A model generated the notes under the pieces. The model was not told the DNA's origin, searched no databases, and saw only the letters and a program-made list of their open reading frames with translations. The translations under genes and the position numbers were made by a program. This document shows, piece after piece, positions 1 through 14,000 of a DNA stretch of 64,000 bases. How positions within the stretch are numbered: position 1 is the first letter of the stretch; each line of letters opens with the position of its first letter. Origin of the DNA: the human T2T-CHM13v2.0 reference genome, Homo sapiens; the NCBI RefSeq assembly GCF_009914755.1, contig NC_060944.1. One strand, given 5' to 3'.

Positions 1-1509
1 CACGACGGCGCCTTCCAATAAAAGGGGAACTCCAGAGACGCTATGAGAAAAGAGGAACAGACATCTGCAATAGATATCTGCAACTTCCTTTTCAAAAACA
101 CCATCGGCATTGCTTTCTCAGGAAGCCACTGCCAGCCTATTGTGATAGCTGACACTGAGTTCCTGAGAATTCTCTAATTAGGATCCCAGATTGGAGGGTC
201 AGCCAGTGGTTAACATATAATGGACACAAAACTGATTTTACTGGAAGACTGAGGGTGGGCACTCACCATGGTTCTAAGCATTCATTACTCAGAAGATCCA
301 TAAAAACATTACAGTTCTGTTGTGTAAGAGTTTAGGAAAAAAAGAAAATCCTGACAAAAATCCCAACCTAAAAAACAGTGTCAACATTTGTAAGTAGGAT
401 GGGGAGGCAGAGATGAATTGGCAGTGTTATCACAGCTACTGGACTATGTGGACTTTAACAAAGTAAGAAACGGGTGGGGGTTGGGTGGTGGTATCTTAAT
501 AGAGCAGGAGTAGAGACGGATGTCCTGGGGCAGAATGGGTACCAATGCTGCCTGAAGCCTGGAGCTGGGAGCTGAGGACTAAGAGGTAGACAGGAGGGTG
601 GGGACCGGTACCTGCTCCAAGGAACTGGTGCCCCAGAACTGGTGAGCTGGGGTATGCATTTAGCTCATTCGTTTACCAGAATGCAGTCACCACCTGATGA
701 AAGAAATGACTAATGGCAGGACTTGAACAGTTCTCTATAAATGAGTACCTGGGAGAAAAACAGGTCTCCAGGCTCCACAATACCCAATAAACACACTGCC
801 TTTAGCCCACTTCAAGCTGCACTTCTTACATGGAACCCAACCCAACCAACCTCAGAGGTAAGGGTGAGAGCAGGCAATGAACAGCTATGATTCTCCATTC
901 CCTGGCCAGGCAGGGAGCCTTTCCATCCACCCTCGTGAGACTGCTTGTAACAGAAATAAGGAAACCGACTCCAAGGCTCAGTAACCCACCCAAGGTCAGA
1001 ACCACGGAGTGGCAGGGCCTGTGAGCCACAAAGGAGACTGAAAACCAGAAAGAGCTTCTCTCTGGTCTGTTATTTTAAGAAAAACATGCCCAGAGGGGCC
1101 ACCTGGAAGCAAGGCTGTGTGGCACCCTCACCTTCCTAATTAAACAACAACTTCCCAGGAGCAACGACAGCAACAACAGCCTGGCCCAGCAGATGAACTC
1201 GAATCAATCCAAGCCCTTCCCCTATACGGGTCAGTTTGGGCACTACTTTACCTGCTGTGAAGTCTACTGGGATCTTCCAGGAAAGTCCCACCTCATTAGT
1301 AAAAAGAAAAACAAAGACTCGGGAAGAAAGTTCCTGCCCTCCCTGTTGAATGCTGTGTGAGGATAAGATGTCTGGAGCATGGCAGTCACCCTGTGACTAT
1401 CAGAAGGCCAGGCGTACCACAAGGTGGTCATTCCAGTGCTCTGAATCAGCCCCAAACCACTTCCCTCAAGACTCATGTTCTGAGGTGATTAAAAGTGTGC
1501 TTTGAAGGT

Positions 1510-1895
1510 AAATCTAGGATGACAGTCAACAGATCAGTGATTGCCAGGAGTCAGGGGTAGAGGGAGGGAAGAACAGATGGAGCACAGAGAATTTTTAGGG
1601 CAGTGAAAATGTTCTGTATGATACTATATATAATGGATACATGCCATTATACACTTGTCCAAATGCACAGAATGTACACCACCAAGAGTGAACCCTAATG
1701 TAAACTATGGACTTTGGGTGATCATGATGTGTCAATGCAGGTTCGTCAATTGCAACACACGTACCATTCTAGTGGAGGGTGTTGATAACAGGAGGCTATG
1801 CATGTGTGGGACCAGGGGATATATGGGAAATCTCTGTACATGCCTCTCAATTTTGCTGAGAATCTGAAACTGCTCTTAATGAAGTCTTAAAAAAA
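1510..1895 (+). mobile_element. Old L1M 3' end fragment
   Basis: Typical L1MC-type 3' UTR text (aaccctaatgtaaactatggactttgg...ggaaatctctgtac). Confidence 0.75.
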
Positions 1896-1921
1896 TAAAG
1901 AAGTCTGCTTTGCCTTAGGTT
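1894..1921 (+). terminator. Candidate poly(A) signal for an antisense lncRNA (recalled SDCBP2-AS1 3' end)
   Basis: AATAAA at 1894-1899 at the end of an L1 3' fragment. The SDCBP2-AS1 assignment is from recall of the locus only. Confidence 0.35.
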
Positions 1922-2533
1922 GGGTCTTCAGTTACCTGCAGCCAAATGAACACAACTGGCGTGAGGTAAACCTCTGACACTTAGTGAGCACGCTACAATG
2001 TAGTGCTGCCACGAAAGGAATAACAAAGAAACAGAACTCAACAACTAAAACCACAAAGAACTATCCCTGATCCGCGACAATGGGAACAGTGTCTCATGTC
2101 AGGACCCAGTACACACCCACATTTTGTCTGTGTATAAACAAAATTTACATGTAAGTTACTACATGGCATATACTTCTCATTTTTAAAAAGAATGCTGATT
2201 GTGACCCACTACATTTATTTCATGATGCATTAATGGTTCATAACCCACAATTTGGAAAGTACGGTATACCTATAAAAAATTAGCCTTATTTCTTGCCAAA
2301 CTTGAACACGGCTCTGACCTGTGCAAGATCGTATTTTGATTGCAGTGAAAGCCACAGGGTACTGAGACAGACTCCCTAAACTTCCTTTTTATTCCTGATC
2401 AAATGCAATGCCAAGCAACCTCCAGACACTACATGCATCAATGTATCAATGTTGCTTTGCCTGAGGTGAGATACTTCAACTATCTATCTGACTGGTACCA
2501 GGCTAGGAGCACTAGGCAGGACACAGCCTGAAT

Positions 2534-2554
2534 CTGCTGCTGCTGCTGCTGCTG
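2534..2554 (+). repeat. (CTG)7 microsatellite in FKBP1A intron 2
   Basis: Direct read. Confidence 0.9.
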
Positions 2555-3182
2555 AGCCAGCATGGAGATGTGTATGTTCTTCAGTGGCTCTATGTGAGGA
2601 TGCCTGTCTAACCCCAGCTCTCCTGAGCCTATCTTGGACACTGAGGGGCAAACCTCTCCCTAGTATCTTAAAACCATAAAAGCCAGGAAGCAGGATTTCT
2701 AAGTAAAGGAGCTTTAAACAGGACCTTTGCCTAGGATCTTAATTTTCCTATGCTATTTTGGATGCTCTGTTGTCCCTGGGAAAGGGGCATGAGACTTGCT
2801 CCAGAATTTCAGACCACAGTCACCAACTGTCAATCTCATCTACTTTCTAAGGAGAAATCTTCGCAGGGCAGGGTTGGGTGGTGGCAGTGATGTTGGGGTT
2901 CCTTGAGTCCAAGGAGAGGATTTCCCATAATCGAGTCCGAAAGCTAAACAATAATCCCCCGAAATGGGTGGGGTGGTATGTGATTAAGTGGGTGTCACAC
3001 AACTGGCACAAGCTACAGGACAAGGAGAAGGAGGGCTTCCCCAGTGGGGAGGAACAGGCCACTTATCTATGGCCCTAAGTTGTCAGCCTGGGGGAGAAGG
3101 TGGAAGCAGTGTTTGTTAAGCTGGAATGAGTGTGCATGTGTAGGAATTATGCTGTTCAGTCTGTAATGTCAAAACAGATAGT

Positions 3183-5215
3183 GAGAACTTCCATTTCTGG
3201 TCACGGTGGAGGACAAGGATCAGATTTGTTCATGAAACAACCAACAACCAACCAACCAACCCCTTCCTCCCTACAAAAAGTCCACTAAAACCTAAAAACC
3301 ACCTAGACAAAATAGCTACAACGATGGTTTGTAGGACACCAGACATCTGTAATGAAGAACAATAAATCCTGAGACATGGGAAACAAGGGCAGCCCTATAT
3401 CCTTGGGAGTTTCCAGGGAGAGGGACCTGGAGTGGAGCTCAAGGCACCTAGAGTCCATAGGACACAGTACCAGCAGGAGAGAGCTATACAGAGATCCCCA
3501 GAGATCTGCAGGGTCCTCTTTGAGTATTCAGCAGAGTCCCTCTCAGTGCATGTATCTGAGCAAACTATTCAAGGCCAGGAAAAGAACTATCCAAAAGGCT
3601 TAGAGGAACAGTATCCAGTGCTCACACAGGGCTAGGATTAGTGCTTACTACCCCCCGGTCAAACTGGAGAAGCTCATGATTGACAAAGCACTGGGCAGAA
3701 TACTCAGGAAGATCTTGCCTATAGTAGGAAATAATCAGCCCTAAACTGAGCTCTAGACCTACCTAACAAATCACAAAAGCAAGACTCGCAAGCATCAAAC
3801 TGTTTCCGGGTAACTTAAATGCTTCTCAGTATAAAACTCAGGAAAATTTATAGGAATAAAAATATCCAGCACCCCAAAAGGCAAAATTCACAATGTCTGG
3901 CATCCAAAGATTACCAGGCATGCAAAGAGGCAGAAAACAGGACCCACAATGAGGAGACTTATCAATCAATTGAAAGCAACCCAGAACTAACACAAATGTT
4001 AGAATTAGTAGAGGAGAACCATAAGACTCCAACTTTCAGAGATGAAAACTACAATGTCTGAGATGAAAATTACATTGGGCTGAAATGACAAAATATCCAC
4101 ACATAACACAGTAAAAACTTCACACCATTATCAAGCATTAACTCAAAATGGATCCTAGACCTAAATGTTAAGTACTAAACCTATCAAATTTATAGAAGAA
4201 AACATAGGAAAGAAATCTTTGTGACCTCGAGTTGGGTGAAGATTTCTTAGTATGATGTCAAAAAGCACTATCTATAAAAGAATAAATTGAACTTCATCAA
4301 AATAAATTCAGTACTTTAAAAAGCACTGTTAAGAAAATGAAAGACAAACCATACACTGGGAGAAAACTTTTGCAAAGTACATATCTGATAGAGGACTTAT
4401 ATCCAGAATATAACAAACCAAAATTCAACAATTAAGAAAACCAATAAAAAAGGGCTAAAGATTTGAACAGATACTTCATTGAAAAAGACAGAGGGCAGGT
4501 AAGCATATGAAAAGATGCTAAACATTCCTAGTTATTATAACAACGCAAATTAAAACCACTAGGAAACGCATCTACCACCACTGATTAGAATGAGTAAAGC
4601 TAAAAAGACTGACCACGTCAGGTGTTAGTGAGGATGTGAAGGAACTGGTATTCTCATACACTGCTAGTGGGAATATAACATAAAGCTTCAGAAAACAGCT
4701 TGATAGTTAAGTTAAACATACACCTCCCATATGACCCAGCCATTCTGATCTTGAGTATTTATCCAAGAGAAATGACAGGCTATGTCCACAGAAAAACTTG
4801 TACACAAATGTTCAAAGCAGATTTATTAGCGATAGTCAAAAACTATAAACTAACCCAAACATCCACCAACGGGTAAGTTGGTAAATACATGTTTCTATAT
4901 ATAGAAAAATATTTAGCAACAAAAAGGAACAAACAATTGATACATGGGACAATACAGATGAATCTCAAAATAATTATACCAAGTGAAAGAAGGCAGACAT
5001 AAGAGAACGTACTGTATGATTCCATTTATATAAAACTTTAGAAAATGCAACAAATCTACACTGACAAAAAAGCATATCAGTAGTTGTTAGAGGAGGGTAA
5101 GGAGGGGTGAATTCAAAGGGAAACAATGACACATCAAAATTTATGAAGCTGTACATTTTTAAAATGTGCAGTATATTGGATTTCAATCACGCCTCAGTAA
5201 CTTTTTTAAAAAAGG
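3183..5215 (+). mobile_element. Old L1M fragments (5' UTR/ORF1 piece plus ORF2 3' end)
   Basis: ORF2 text (aactcaaaatggatcctagacctaaatgt, gaaaagatgctaaacatt) and L1M 5' region features. Confidence 0.8.
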
Positions 5216-6705
5216 AAAAGAAAAAGAGTAGGCAGTGGCATTTACTAAAATGCTATATATGTTTAGCTCCCACATACACACTGGCAATGAATGAAAAGTG
5301 CTTCCTCTCTTTGGGGAGGGAACAGGTAAAGCAGGCAGCAAGTCAAGTCTCAGCAGCTGCTCCAATTTTAACTCTGGAGATCACTTGTGCCAGGAGCTGG
5401 AGCCCTTGAACAGTGAAACCACCTGCCAAGTTAGTGCCATAATTTCCTAAAGAAAGCGTGCCCTGCTCAGAGAAGGCAACTGAGGTTACAGTGCAGACAA
5501 GACAGCTGACAGTCTTTAAGCTCTAAAGGCCACTCAGCATAAAACATCACAAGCATTGCCTTCTAATTGCAGAACTGACCAATTTCATTCCTGGCCGTAC
5601 AAGCCTATAACTCATGCCTAACAAACTGCCTGGAATAGCTCCATATTCTTATTTTAAGTATTTAGTCTTGGCTCTCCTGACTGAATGCAGCCCAAGCTCA
5701 CAGACCTGGCCTGCGTTCTGTGTCCTGGTGGCACGTATGGTGCTGGTACTCAAGAGCACTCTTGGATTTGCTTTACTTGCATGATTTTTAAGAACCAGAA
5801 GGACAAGCATGAGGCCTTCATATTTAGACCTTATTCCCTATATGGTAACAAGAATATGAGGGGTAATCCCAGAATGGTAAACTTTACTTTAAGCACCTTT
5901 AGTTACTAATCAGTAAGAAAAATGTGAAAATGTGCTCCAGTTAAAAGCACAAGACCATGAAAGAAGCCAAAGCTATGACTGACTGCATGCAGAGGCTGTT
6001 GACGTCATCTTCGCCTGGGTCTCCTCCTGAACTGAAATCCTTGGAAAGGGAGCAAAAGGGTTTAAAAAACAAGACGGTGCAGAGAGTCTCAAGTCTGTCT
6101 ACTCCACAGCAGCCTGCTCTTTCCTGTTGCTTTTCAAGGAATCAGCAGAGGGAGACCTGGCCAGCAGCTCCTGGGCAGCAAAGTATCCCCAGACTGTGTT
6201 CCTGGTGGTTGGCTCAAGCCACTGAAGCGGTGGTTAAGACTCAAGACCAGGACCTGGAGATTCACAAGGACCACTGGGATACTATTTCACTAATAACCCA
6301 ATAGAAATGGAGTCACTTCCAAGGCACTCTGCTTTGGGGAAGGGCAGAGTGCCATATACCTTCTACTGGGTAACAGGACTGAAGAAGGCACCTCTACAGA
6401 CTTATGGCTTCACTACTTGTAGTGAAAGCTCATGACTCACAATGCAGTTTATAGTTGCTCATGAATCTTTGCAGGAGTGTTTCCTATAGGCAGCATTTTA
6501 CAGGGACAAAATATGGGAAGTTTTAAGATTAAAAAAAAAAAATGACTAAACTAAACCAAAAATCAAACATAACAAAAAACCAGAATATCCTAAGCCCCAA
6601 ACCTTCAAAATAAAATAAAGTCCTTGCCATTTACAGTTTGGAGAGGGAAAAGGATTTCTACTTTCAACACGCAGGTGAGTTTCTTAATGAGAAAAAGTAC
6701 AATGA

Positions 6706-7038
6706 GGCCAGCTGCGGAGGAGGCTCATGCCTGTAATCCCAGTGCTTTGGAAGGCCAAGGCAGGAGAATCACTTGAGGCCAGGAGTTTGAGACTGGCATG
6801 AGTTTGCAACCAGCCTGGGCAACACAGCAAGACTCATGTCCCCAATCCTGTTTCTGCAAAAAATTAAAAAAAAAAAAAAAAAAAAAAATTAGCCAGACAT
6901 GGTCCTAGCTACTTGAGTGGATCAAGTGGGAAGATCACTTGAGCCCAGAGGTTTGAGGTTGCAGTGAGCTATGACCGCACAAGTACACTCCAGACTGGGC
7001 AACAGAACGAGACTCTGTCTCTTAAAAAAAAAAAAAAA
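6706..7038 (+). mobile_element. AluJ-type element with internal rearrangement
   Basis: Alu motifs, long central A-run, A tail. Confidence 0.85.
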
Positions 7039-8249
7039 GGTGTAATGGTTGAATGGGTGGAGGTAGGGGGAGCCAGTATTTTTCTGCAGCTTTGCATTTG
7101 AAGCCACTCAGAACATTCCCAGATGGGCGTATGGCTCAAGGTCTAATGGTTTAGCTGTTTGCTTTCCCTCTTCTTATTAGACACAGAAGTTCTCTTAACC
7201 ACCTTTTACTCAGCTGCCTTACTTGGAGACTCATAAAACTCACAGCCTTCGTACCCCAGCATAGTGAAGAGCACTCCCCTCATGCTTTAGTCTCTAGCTC
7301 ATGATCACTTCTTCATTCCCATATGAGTTCTGTGTTCACAAAGGGAGGAGTGGTTAGCTGTGTTTGTCCCCAAATCCATTTATGGTAGCTATATTTACTG
7401 TGTAAATATAATGTAATTAAATAGTATGTAAATCAATAAAATGAGTGTGAATACAAACAGCGGTTCTAGCTGACTCCTGGGAAAGACTCAATAAAGGCAA
7501 GTCACTAAAAAACTATTGCTAGTGAATAATCATATGGGAGACTACATTTAGAGAAAGAAATCTTAAAAATCTGGAAAGGTTTGGTTTTTAAATGTTCTCA
7601 CAATACTCTTTGCTCTACTTTAAAAAAGGTCAAATTGGTTTTTGCAAGAACTATGATGGGAAACTCCACTAGCAGAGCCATCCTCAAAGATAAAGACATA
7701 GTCCTTTAGCAAATGATTTATGTTAGAGTTTGAAATCAAATGTTTACAGAAGCCATGTCACTTTTATGTTAGCATACCAACTACCCACTTGTCTCAATCA
7801 TGATGGGTAAAAAGGGATTCTACATTTAGATAGGCAAAAGATACAAATTCAAATCTTACATTCTTATTATTCCATTTCTGGGTCTCTGTGGCTGTATTCC
7901 AGCACAACCTCCCTGAAGTGGGGTTCTGAGAACTCCTTATGAGTGAGGGGTATGACCAAAGGTCCAAGTGCCAACCCAAAGAGGGAACCAGCTCACTCTC
8001 ACTATCATTTTCCTGAGATCACCAACAGTGCAAGCACATTTCCCATACGCAGTATGGAAATGCTTCTAACCTTTGGCTAAATCCCTTTAGATCCTATAAC
8101 CAAAAGTGTATTTTCAAAGGCAGGGCCCATGATGGGAAGAATATGCAGGATCCAACGGCAATAAAAAGAACACAGACCAGAATGCATGCCCTGTGGGTGT
8201 GTCTCTCCATTTTCCACTTTAATCACAGTATAAATAAGAGGAGTTACTA

Positions 8250-8608
<359 letters not shown>

Positions 8609-8689
8609 CTAGCTGGAAGTGGTAGAAATATGCATTTTCTATAGGGTATAATGGTTAAAGGCATGAGTTCTGGACCTCTGTTACAGACT

Positions 8690-9300
8690 ATTATTACAAC
8701 TCCCTCCCTGGTCTCCCTGCTTCTGCTCTTGCTCTCCTACAGTCTAAACCTGACACAGCAGCCAGACCCTACTACCCCTCGGCTGAAAAACTCCTGTGAC
8801 TCCCCCATCTCAGGAGATAAAACTCTTAAAATGGCCTACAAGACCCTCTAAGAAGTGTCAAGCCTCCGCCCCTACCACCATCCCTCTGACTTCACCTCTG
8901 ATTACTCTTGTACTTTTCCAGTCCCAGAACATTGTTTCCTTATGTTCTACATACACACCAGGGATACCTCCACCCGTGGGCCTTTGCATTTGCTGTTCTC
9001 TCTGCCTAAAATGATCTTGCTCAAACAGTCACATAGGTTACATCCTTACCTCCTTCAAGTCTTTGCTCAAATGTCACTTTCTCATTGAGGCCTTTGCCAA
9101 TCTATCTAAAACCTCAACCTTTTCCTATTCCCTCCTTAACACTTACTAGCTTATACACAACAGTCTTGCTTATTAATCATATTTATTATGTCTTTTCCAC
9201 TACAGTGTGAGATGAAGGCAGGAACTGTGTCTTCTTCACTCCTAAATTCTTGGTAGCCAGGACAGTGTCTTGTACATAGCAGACATTCATCAAGTACTTA
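8690..9300 (-). mobile_element. L2 fragment
   Basis: L2 3' text (ggcctttgcatttgctgttctctctgcct, ttcaagtctttgctcaaatgtcac). Confidence 0.65.
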
Positions 9301-10748
9301 CAGAAATATCAAAGGTACCCTTTTCTCCTCCTGGCCTGTGTATATACCTGGAAGACGCTTTCCTCCTGCCTGACTGCACCATACACACCCAAGACCAAAT
9401 GGCACTTCCTCCAAGAAGTTCTAGCCTATAGGTGTAGGTTGCCTGAGGTACTTTCATTGTAACTGACCACTCCCTACAGGGTAAGCTTCTTGAGGGCAAC
9501 ATTGAGGCTTTGCCCAGCTCCTTATATATTCACTGAGTGACCGAGGGAATGCCAGGTCCTAACTGGCCACTCATTCAAACAGTCACTGAATAGCTACTCT
9601 ATGCCAAGACTGATGGGGAGACCTTGGAGAACAACACTAGTGTGGGTCTGGCCTCCTGGAGCCTTCAGTCGGTTGGGGAAAGAGCAGATGTTTAACTACA
9701 CGGATCCTGACTATGATGGGGGCTAAGAAAATAGATGGGTGCATTGTTGCAGAATTAGAAGCATGCATGTATGCATCCAAAGTGTTACTTAAGCTGTGCT
9801 ATAAAGAAAAGAGCCTGTCATGCAGTGGGGAGTGGGGGCAGTGTGGTGGCACCTAAGCAAAGGGGCAGAGACCTCCATGTGGGAAAAGGCTTGGAGCATT
9901 CGAGGAATGAATGCAGGCCAAGGTGGCTTGAGCTCCTGGGAGAGGAAGAGCAAATGTAACAGAAAGAGACAGTAGCATCTAAGAACTGGTTATTTCTACC
10001 TCCCCGACTTTCTGCACTGCTAGAATACACCTGGTCAAAATCAAAGGGGTCCAGGGGAGGGAATGCAGAGACTTGGTTAAGCTTTTTAGCAGGAAAAGAA
10101 AACAAAAAAACAGAAGAAAAAATAGAAGTAAAAATAAACAAATGTCACCATGAGCACCAAAGGGAGAACTGAATGCTATGTGATTAAGTTATTCATAACC
10201 TTGGCTTCTTCCATGGGAAACAGCAGGTGACAATATTTTTAGAGAAAATTCCAAGGCAGACAAATGATTTCCAGTTTATGGATACAATAAACCCCTCAGT
10301 AATTCATAAAAATCAGTTTAAGCCTAAAAATGTTCTAGTTAAAACATCTATGAGTAAATAGGTGAATTTATGGTATGTAAATTATATTCAATAAAGCTGT
10401 TACCAAGAAAAAAAAAGGTCATGGACCCCACTGAAAGGAACCAGAGCTCTTTGAAAGATGGCTGATAATTGGACCAGAGTAGTGAAACCGAGAAATGGAT
10501 GAAGGAATGGTGGGAGCCTGTCAAAAAGGTACTGGAGCCAGCTTAAAGGGCTCCTACTGGCCAAATTTAGGATGATATTAGCATCAAAAAGAATAATGGG
10601 TATCATTGATCTTAAGGCCCTGACAAAAAATTTCAGCCCACAGTACAGTCAAAGCAAATAGAGGGGGAAAAAGTCACTTGCCCCCACTGGGAATGGCAAT
10701 ACCCCATCAGTTAACATTCATTTTTCATTTTAAAAATTGGTAATTAAA

Positions 10749-11039
10749 GGCTGGGCACGGTGGCTCATGCCTGTACTACCAGCACTTTGGGAGGCTAAGG
10801 AGGGTGGATCACTTGAGGCCAGGAGTTTGAGACTAGCCTGGGAAACCTGGCGAAACCCGTCTCTACAAAAAATACAAAAATTAGGACAGGTGGCATGCAC
10901 CTGTATGCCCAACTATTCAGAAGGCCGGATGGGAGGCCGGGATGGGAGTCTGGGAGGTCGAGGCTACAGTGAGCCATGATCAAGCCACTGCACTCCAGCC
11001 TGAGTGACAGAGACACTGTCTCAAAAAATAAAAATAAAA
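10749..11039 (+). mobile_element. AluJ element
   Basis: Dimer with GGAGGTCGAGGCTACAGTGAGCCATGAT; TSD-like AAAATTGGTAATTAAAGG. Confidence 0.9.
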
Positions 11040-14000
11040 TTTGGTATTTAAAGGTAAAGAATTACTTTACCTTATCTTATAGAAGGATAACAGCTAATAA
11101 ATTTAGAAAGAATGAAGGAATTTTAAAAATCAACACTTTGTGAATGCCAGTGACTTCTTCAGGGGAGAATGATCAGATGGTGTAAACACCACCACTAGGT
11201 GAAAGGCTGATGAGCAAGAGACCATCTATGGCTACCTAAGCACTCCACAGATCACTGCTAAATGCAAAGGGAAAAATGTACCTTTACAGAAAAGATCAAA
11301 TTTAGCATCACAACTAGTGATGTTTCCCATGTGTGCTGAGGATGAAGTACTCACACTAAAATGTTTAAACGGAATCTATTCAGACACTTAAAAGATTAAA
11401 CATCCGGTTCAGAAAATCAAGGCAGGGAACAAGTTAAACAATACCATGAGAAAACAGTAAGACAGATGTGGAGTATTCTATAACTAGCCTGCTCTCTTTG
11501 AAGAAATCAGAGTTATTAAGAAAAAAACAGCGTAAGGACTCTTCTAGACTGAGATTACAGACATAACAACTGCGATGAGTGAGGCTCAATGGAACTGTGG
11601 TTTTAAAAAAGAGCAACACTTTGGAGACAACTGGGTAGTCTCGATAGGCATTTGCTTCACAGCAGGCATCGTTACTCCCATTTTATAGACAGCATGTGGA
11701 AGCTGGGAACTGTGGGACAATTTGTTCAAGCTCTCATAGCCTGTTGTATGGCAGGGTCAAGATCAGAACACAGCGAAGAACCCACATGCTCTTTGGGGAT
11801 CACTGTCCACCTGGCACCACTTCTGCCCACTGCCTGAGCTGGCACTCCACACACCTGGGATACAACCAGTGTCCTGTTTCTGCCTTTGCCCCCAAAAGCC
11901 CATTGTCCACACAGTAGCCAGAAGGAGCGTGGGTTGGGGGGGCGGGGGCGGGCATTAAAAGCCAAGCCAGCCAGTGGCTCTCACCTGAGTTAGAAAAAGG
12001 CAACGTTTTTATAAAAACCAACGAGGCTCCACCATCCCCTCATCTCCTGCCACATACCCTTTCACACAATCCACTTCCTGTTCCTCTAACGCACCGGTCT
12101 TCTTACTGTTCCTCTAATGCACCGAGCAGGCTCCAGCCTCAGGGTCCTGCACTAGCTCTTCCCTCTGCCTGGATACTCTAGACAGCCCTGTAGCTCCCTC
12201 TCCAATGTCCTTTGAGTGAATGTTAAAATGCCATTTTTTTCAGAGGCCTTTTCCAATCACCCTCACGAAAAGCAGCCAACTTCCCTTCCCATCCCTCACT
12301 CTGCTTTAATCTCTCCAGCGCTTCTTACTACCTGATGTGCTCCATGGCCATACTATCAGTCTCCTCATGATAAGCAAAGCCCCACCAGATCAGGTCTTTG
12401 TCTATTTAGTTCACTAGCCATGTCCCTAGAGCCTGGCTTGCTGCTGTTGCTCAAAAAACATCTGCTGTGGGAAGGCAAAGGGACTTGTTGCAGCCCTGCC
12501 CAACAGTTACAGCCTGTGTGCCTCAAGACAGCACACGTCAGGGGAAGCCATCTGAGGCATCTCTGCTGAGGGTGAGCCTCCCTCCAGACATCAGATCACC
12601 AACCAAGAGATACCTAGCAAGGGAGTGGATGGAATAAAGCAGAGGAGAGGGGGGAACAAAGCTAAGGAAAAGCAAGGGGCTTGAGGGAGGCTGCAGCAAA
12701 GTGGCCACACCTGTCCCGGGAGCCTCAGCAGCCTTCCCAGTCAACCTCCTGAGGACATGAGGTTGAGGGGCTCCTGGTTTTTCTCAGTCAGAAACCGGGA
12801 GGCTATACCTGACTTAAACCTGATCCCAAGGACAAAATGTCCAGTTAGTTACTTTTTAAGAAGAAAAAAGAAAACATTCCTTCAATCCCCTTGGGGCTGC
12901 TCTCACAATGGCAGGCACACGGCCTGCTGAAGTAAGTAAAAGAGGTCTAAACCTAGCTGTGTGCCAGGACAAGCTAACAGTAAAGATGACGAAGCTACTG
13001 GAGGCAGCAGGGAGGCGCCATGAGAATTCCCTGGCTCCTAAAGGCACTTACTTGGCAGCTTACCTTTCCACCACCTCCCTCCCACCTCAATGCCTGTCAT
13101 GCTCCTAGGAGATGCTTAGCTGGTGATAGTGAACTTTGTATTTTCCCTCTGGTACCACAGAGGTAGTGCAGGCATTCCTTTGAGGCCTTGCTCATGCTGT
13201 GCTCTGCCAGAAGGTCACGGAAGTCACCAGAGGGACCCTTGAGAGTGACATCAAGGTGACTGACAGCCATTAGTGGCATTTAAAGCATCCATGTGGTAAA
13301 GGTCAGTCTGTGCTCTGCACACCTGTGATGGCTAAGGGGAGATTTTGGCCACCTTACTTCCACCCCTCTTTCTCTGGACCCGTGCCCAAATCAGCTGAGT
13401 GGACACCTGGCAAGAGCTGACTGGATCAAGAGTGTTCACCTTACTCAAACTCTCCTTCTCAGAGAAGTAACAATCAGAATCACAGCCAAGAAATCTGAGC
13501 CAGATACTCAAAAGAAGACAGAGAAGCTGGCCATGGGGAGGAGGGAGGGGGGAGGGGGGACGGGGGAGCATGCAGGGGACTTCCACCACCCACCAGTTGG
13601 GAGAAGCAGACAAACACAAATCTCTAACAGGAGACTACTGAGGCAGTCAGGCAGGAAACAAAACAAAACACAAAACAACAACCAAAAAACAGAGATGAGA
13701 ACTAGAGGCATCATGATTATTTCTTTTCCCTTCTTAGGACCCAGTGGGCTTCTGCCTTTGAAAACCCCTGGAACCTTTATAACCTCCACCTTCTGATCAT
13801 GTTCCCCCAAGATGGATTCTGTTCCCAGTGACTTAAAAGCCTTAACTGCTACAGATGAGATCTCCCAGTGCCTACCCACTCCTCTCACGCCCCCACAGGT
13901 CTCAAACAGGTTATTCCTGGGAGGCTGGTGACAAAGACCCACGGGAACAAAGCCACCAGCCTGCTCGAAAACAGTCTATTCTGTGAGCATGAGGCAGAGC

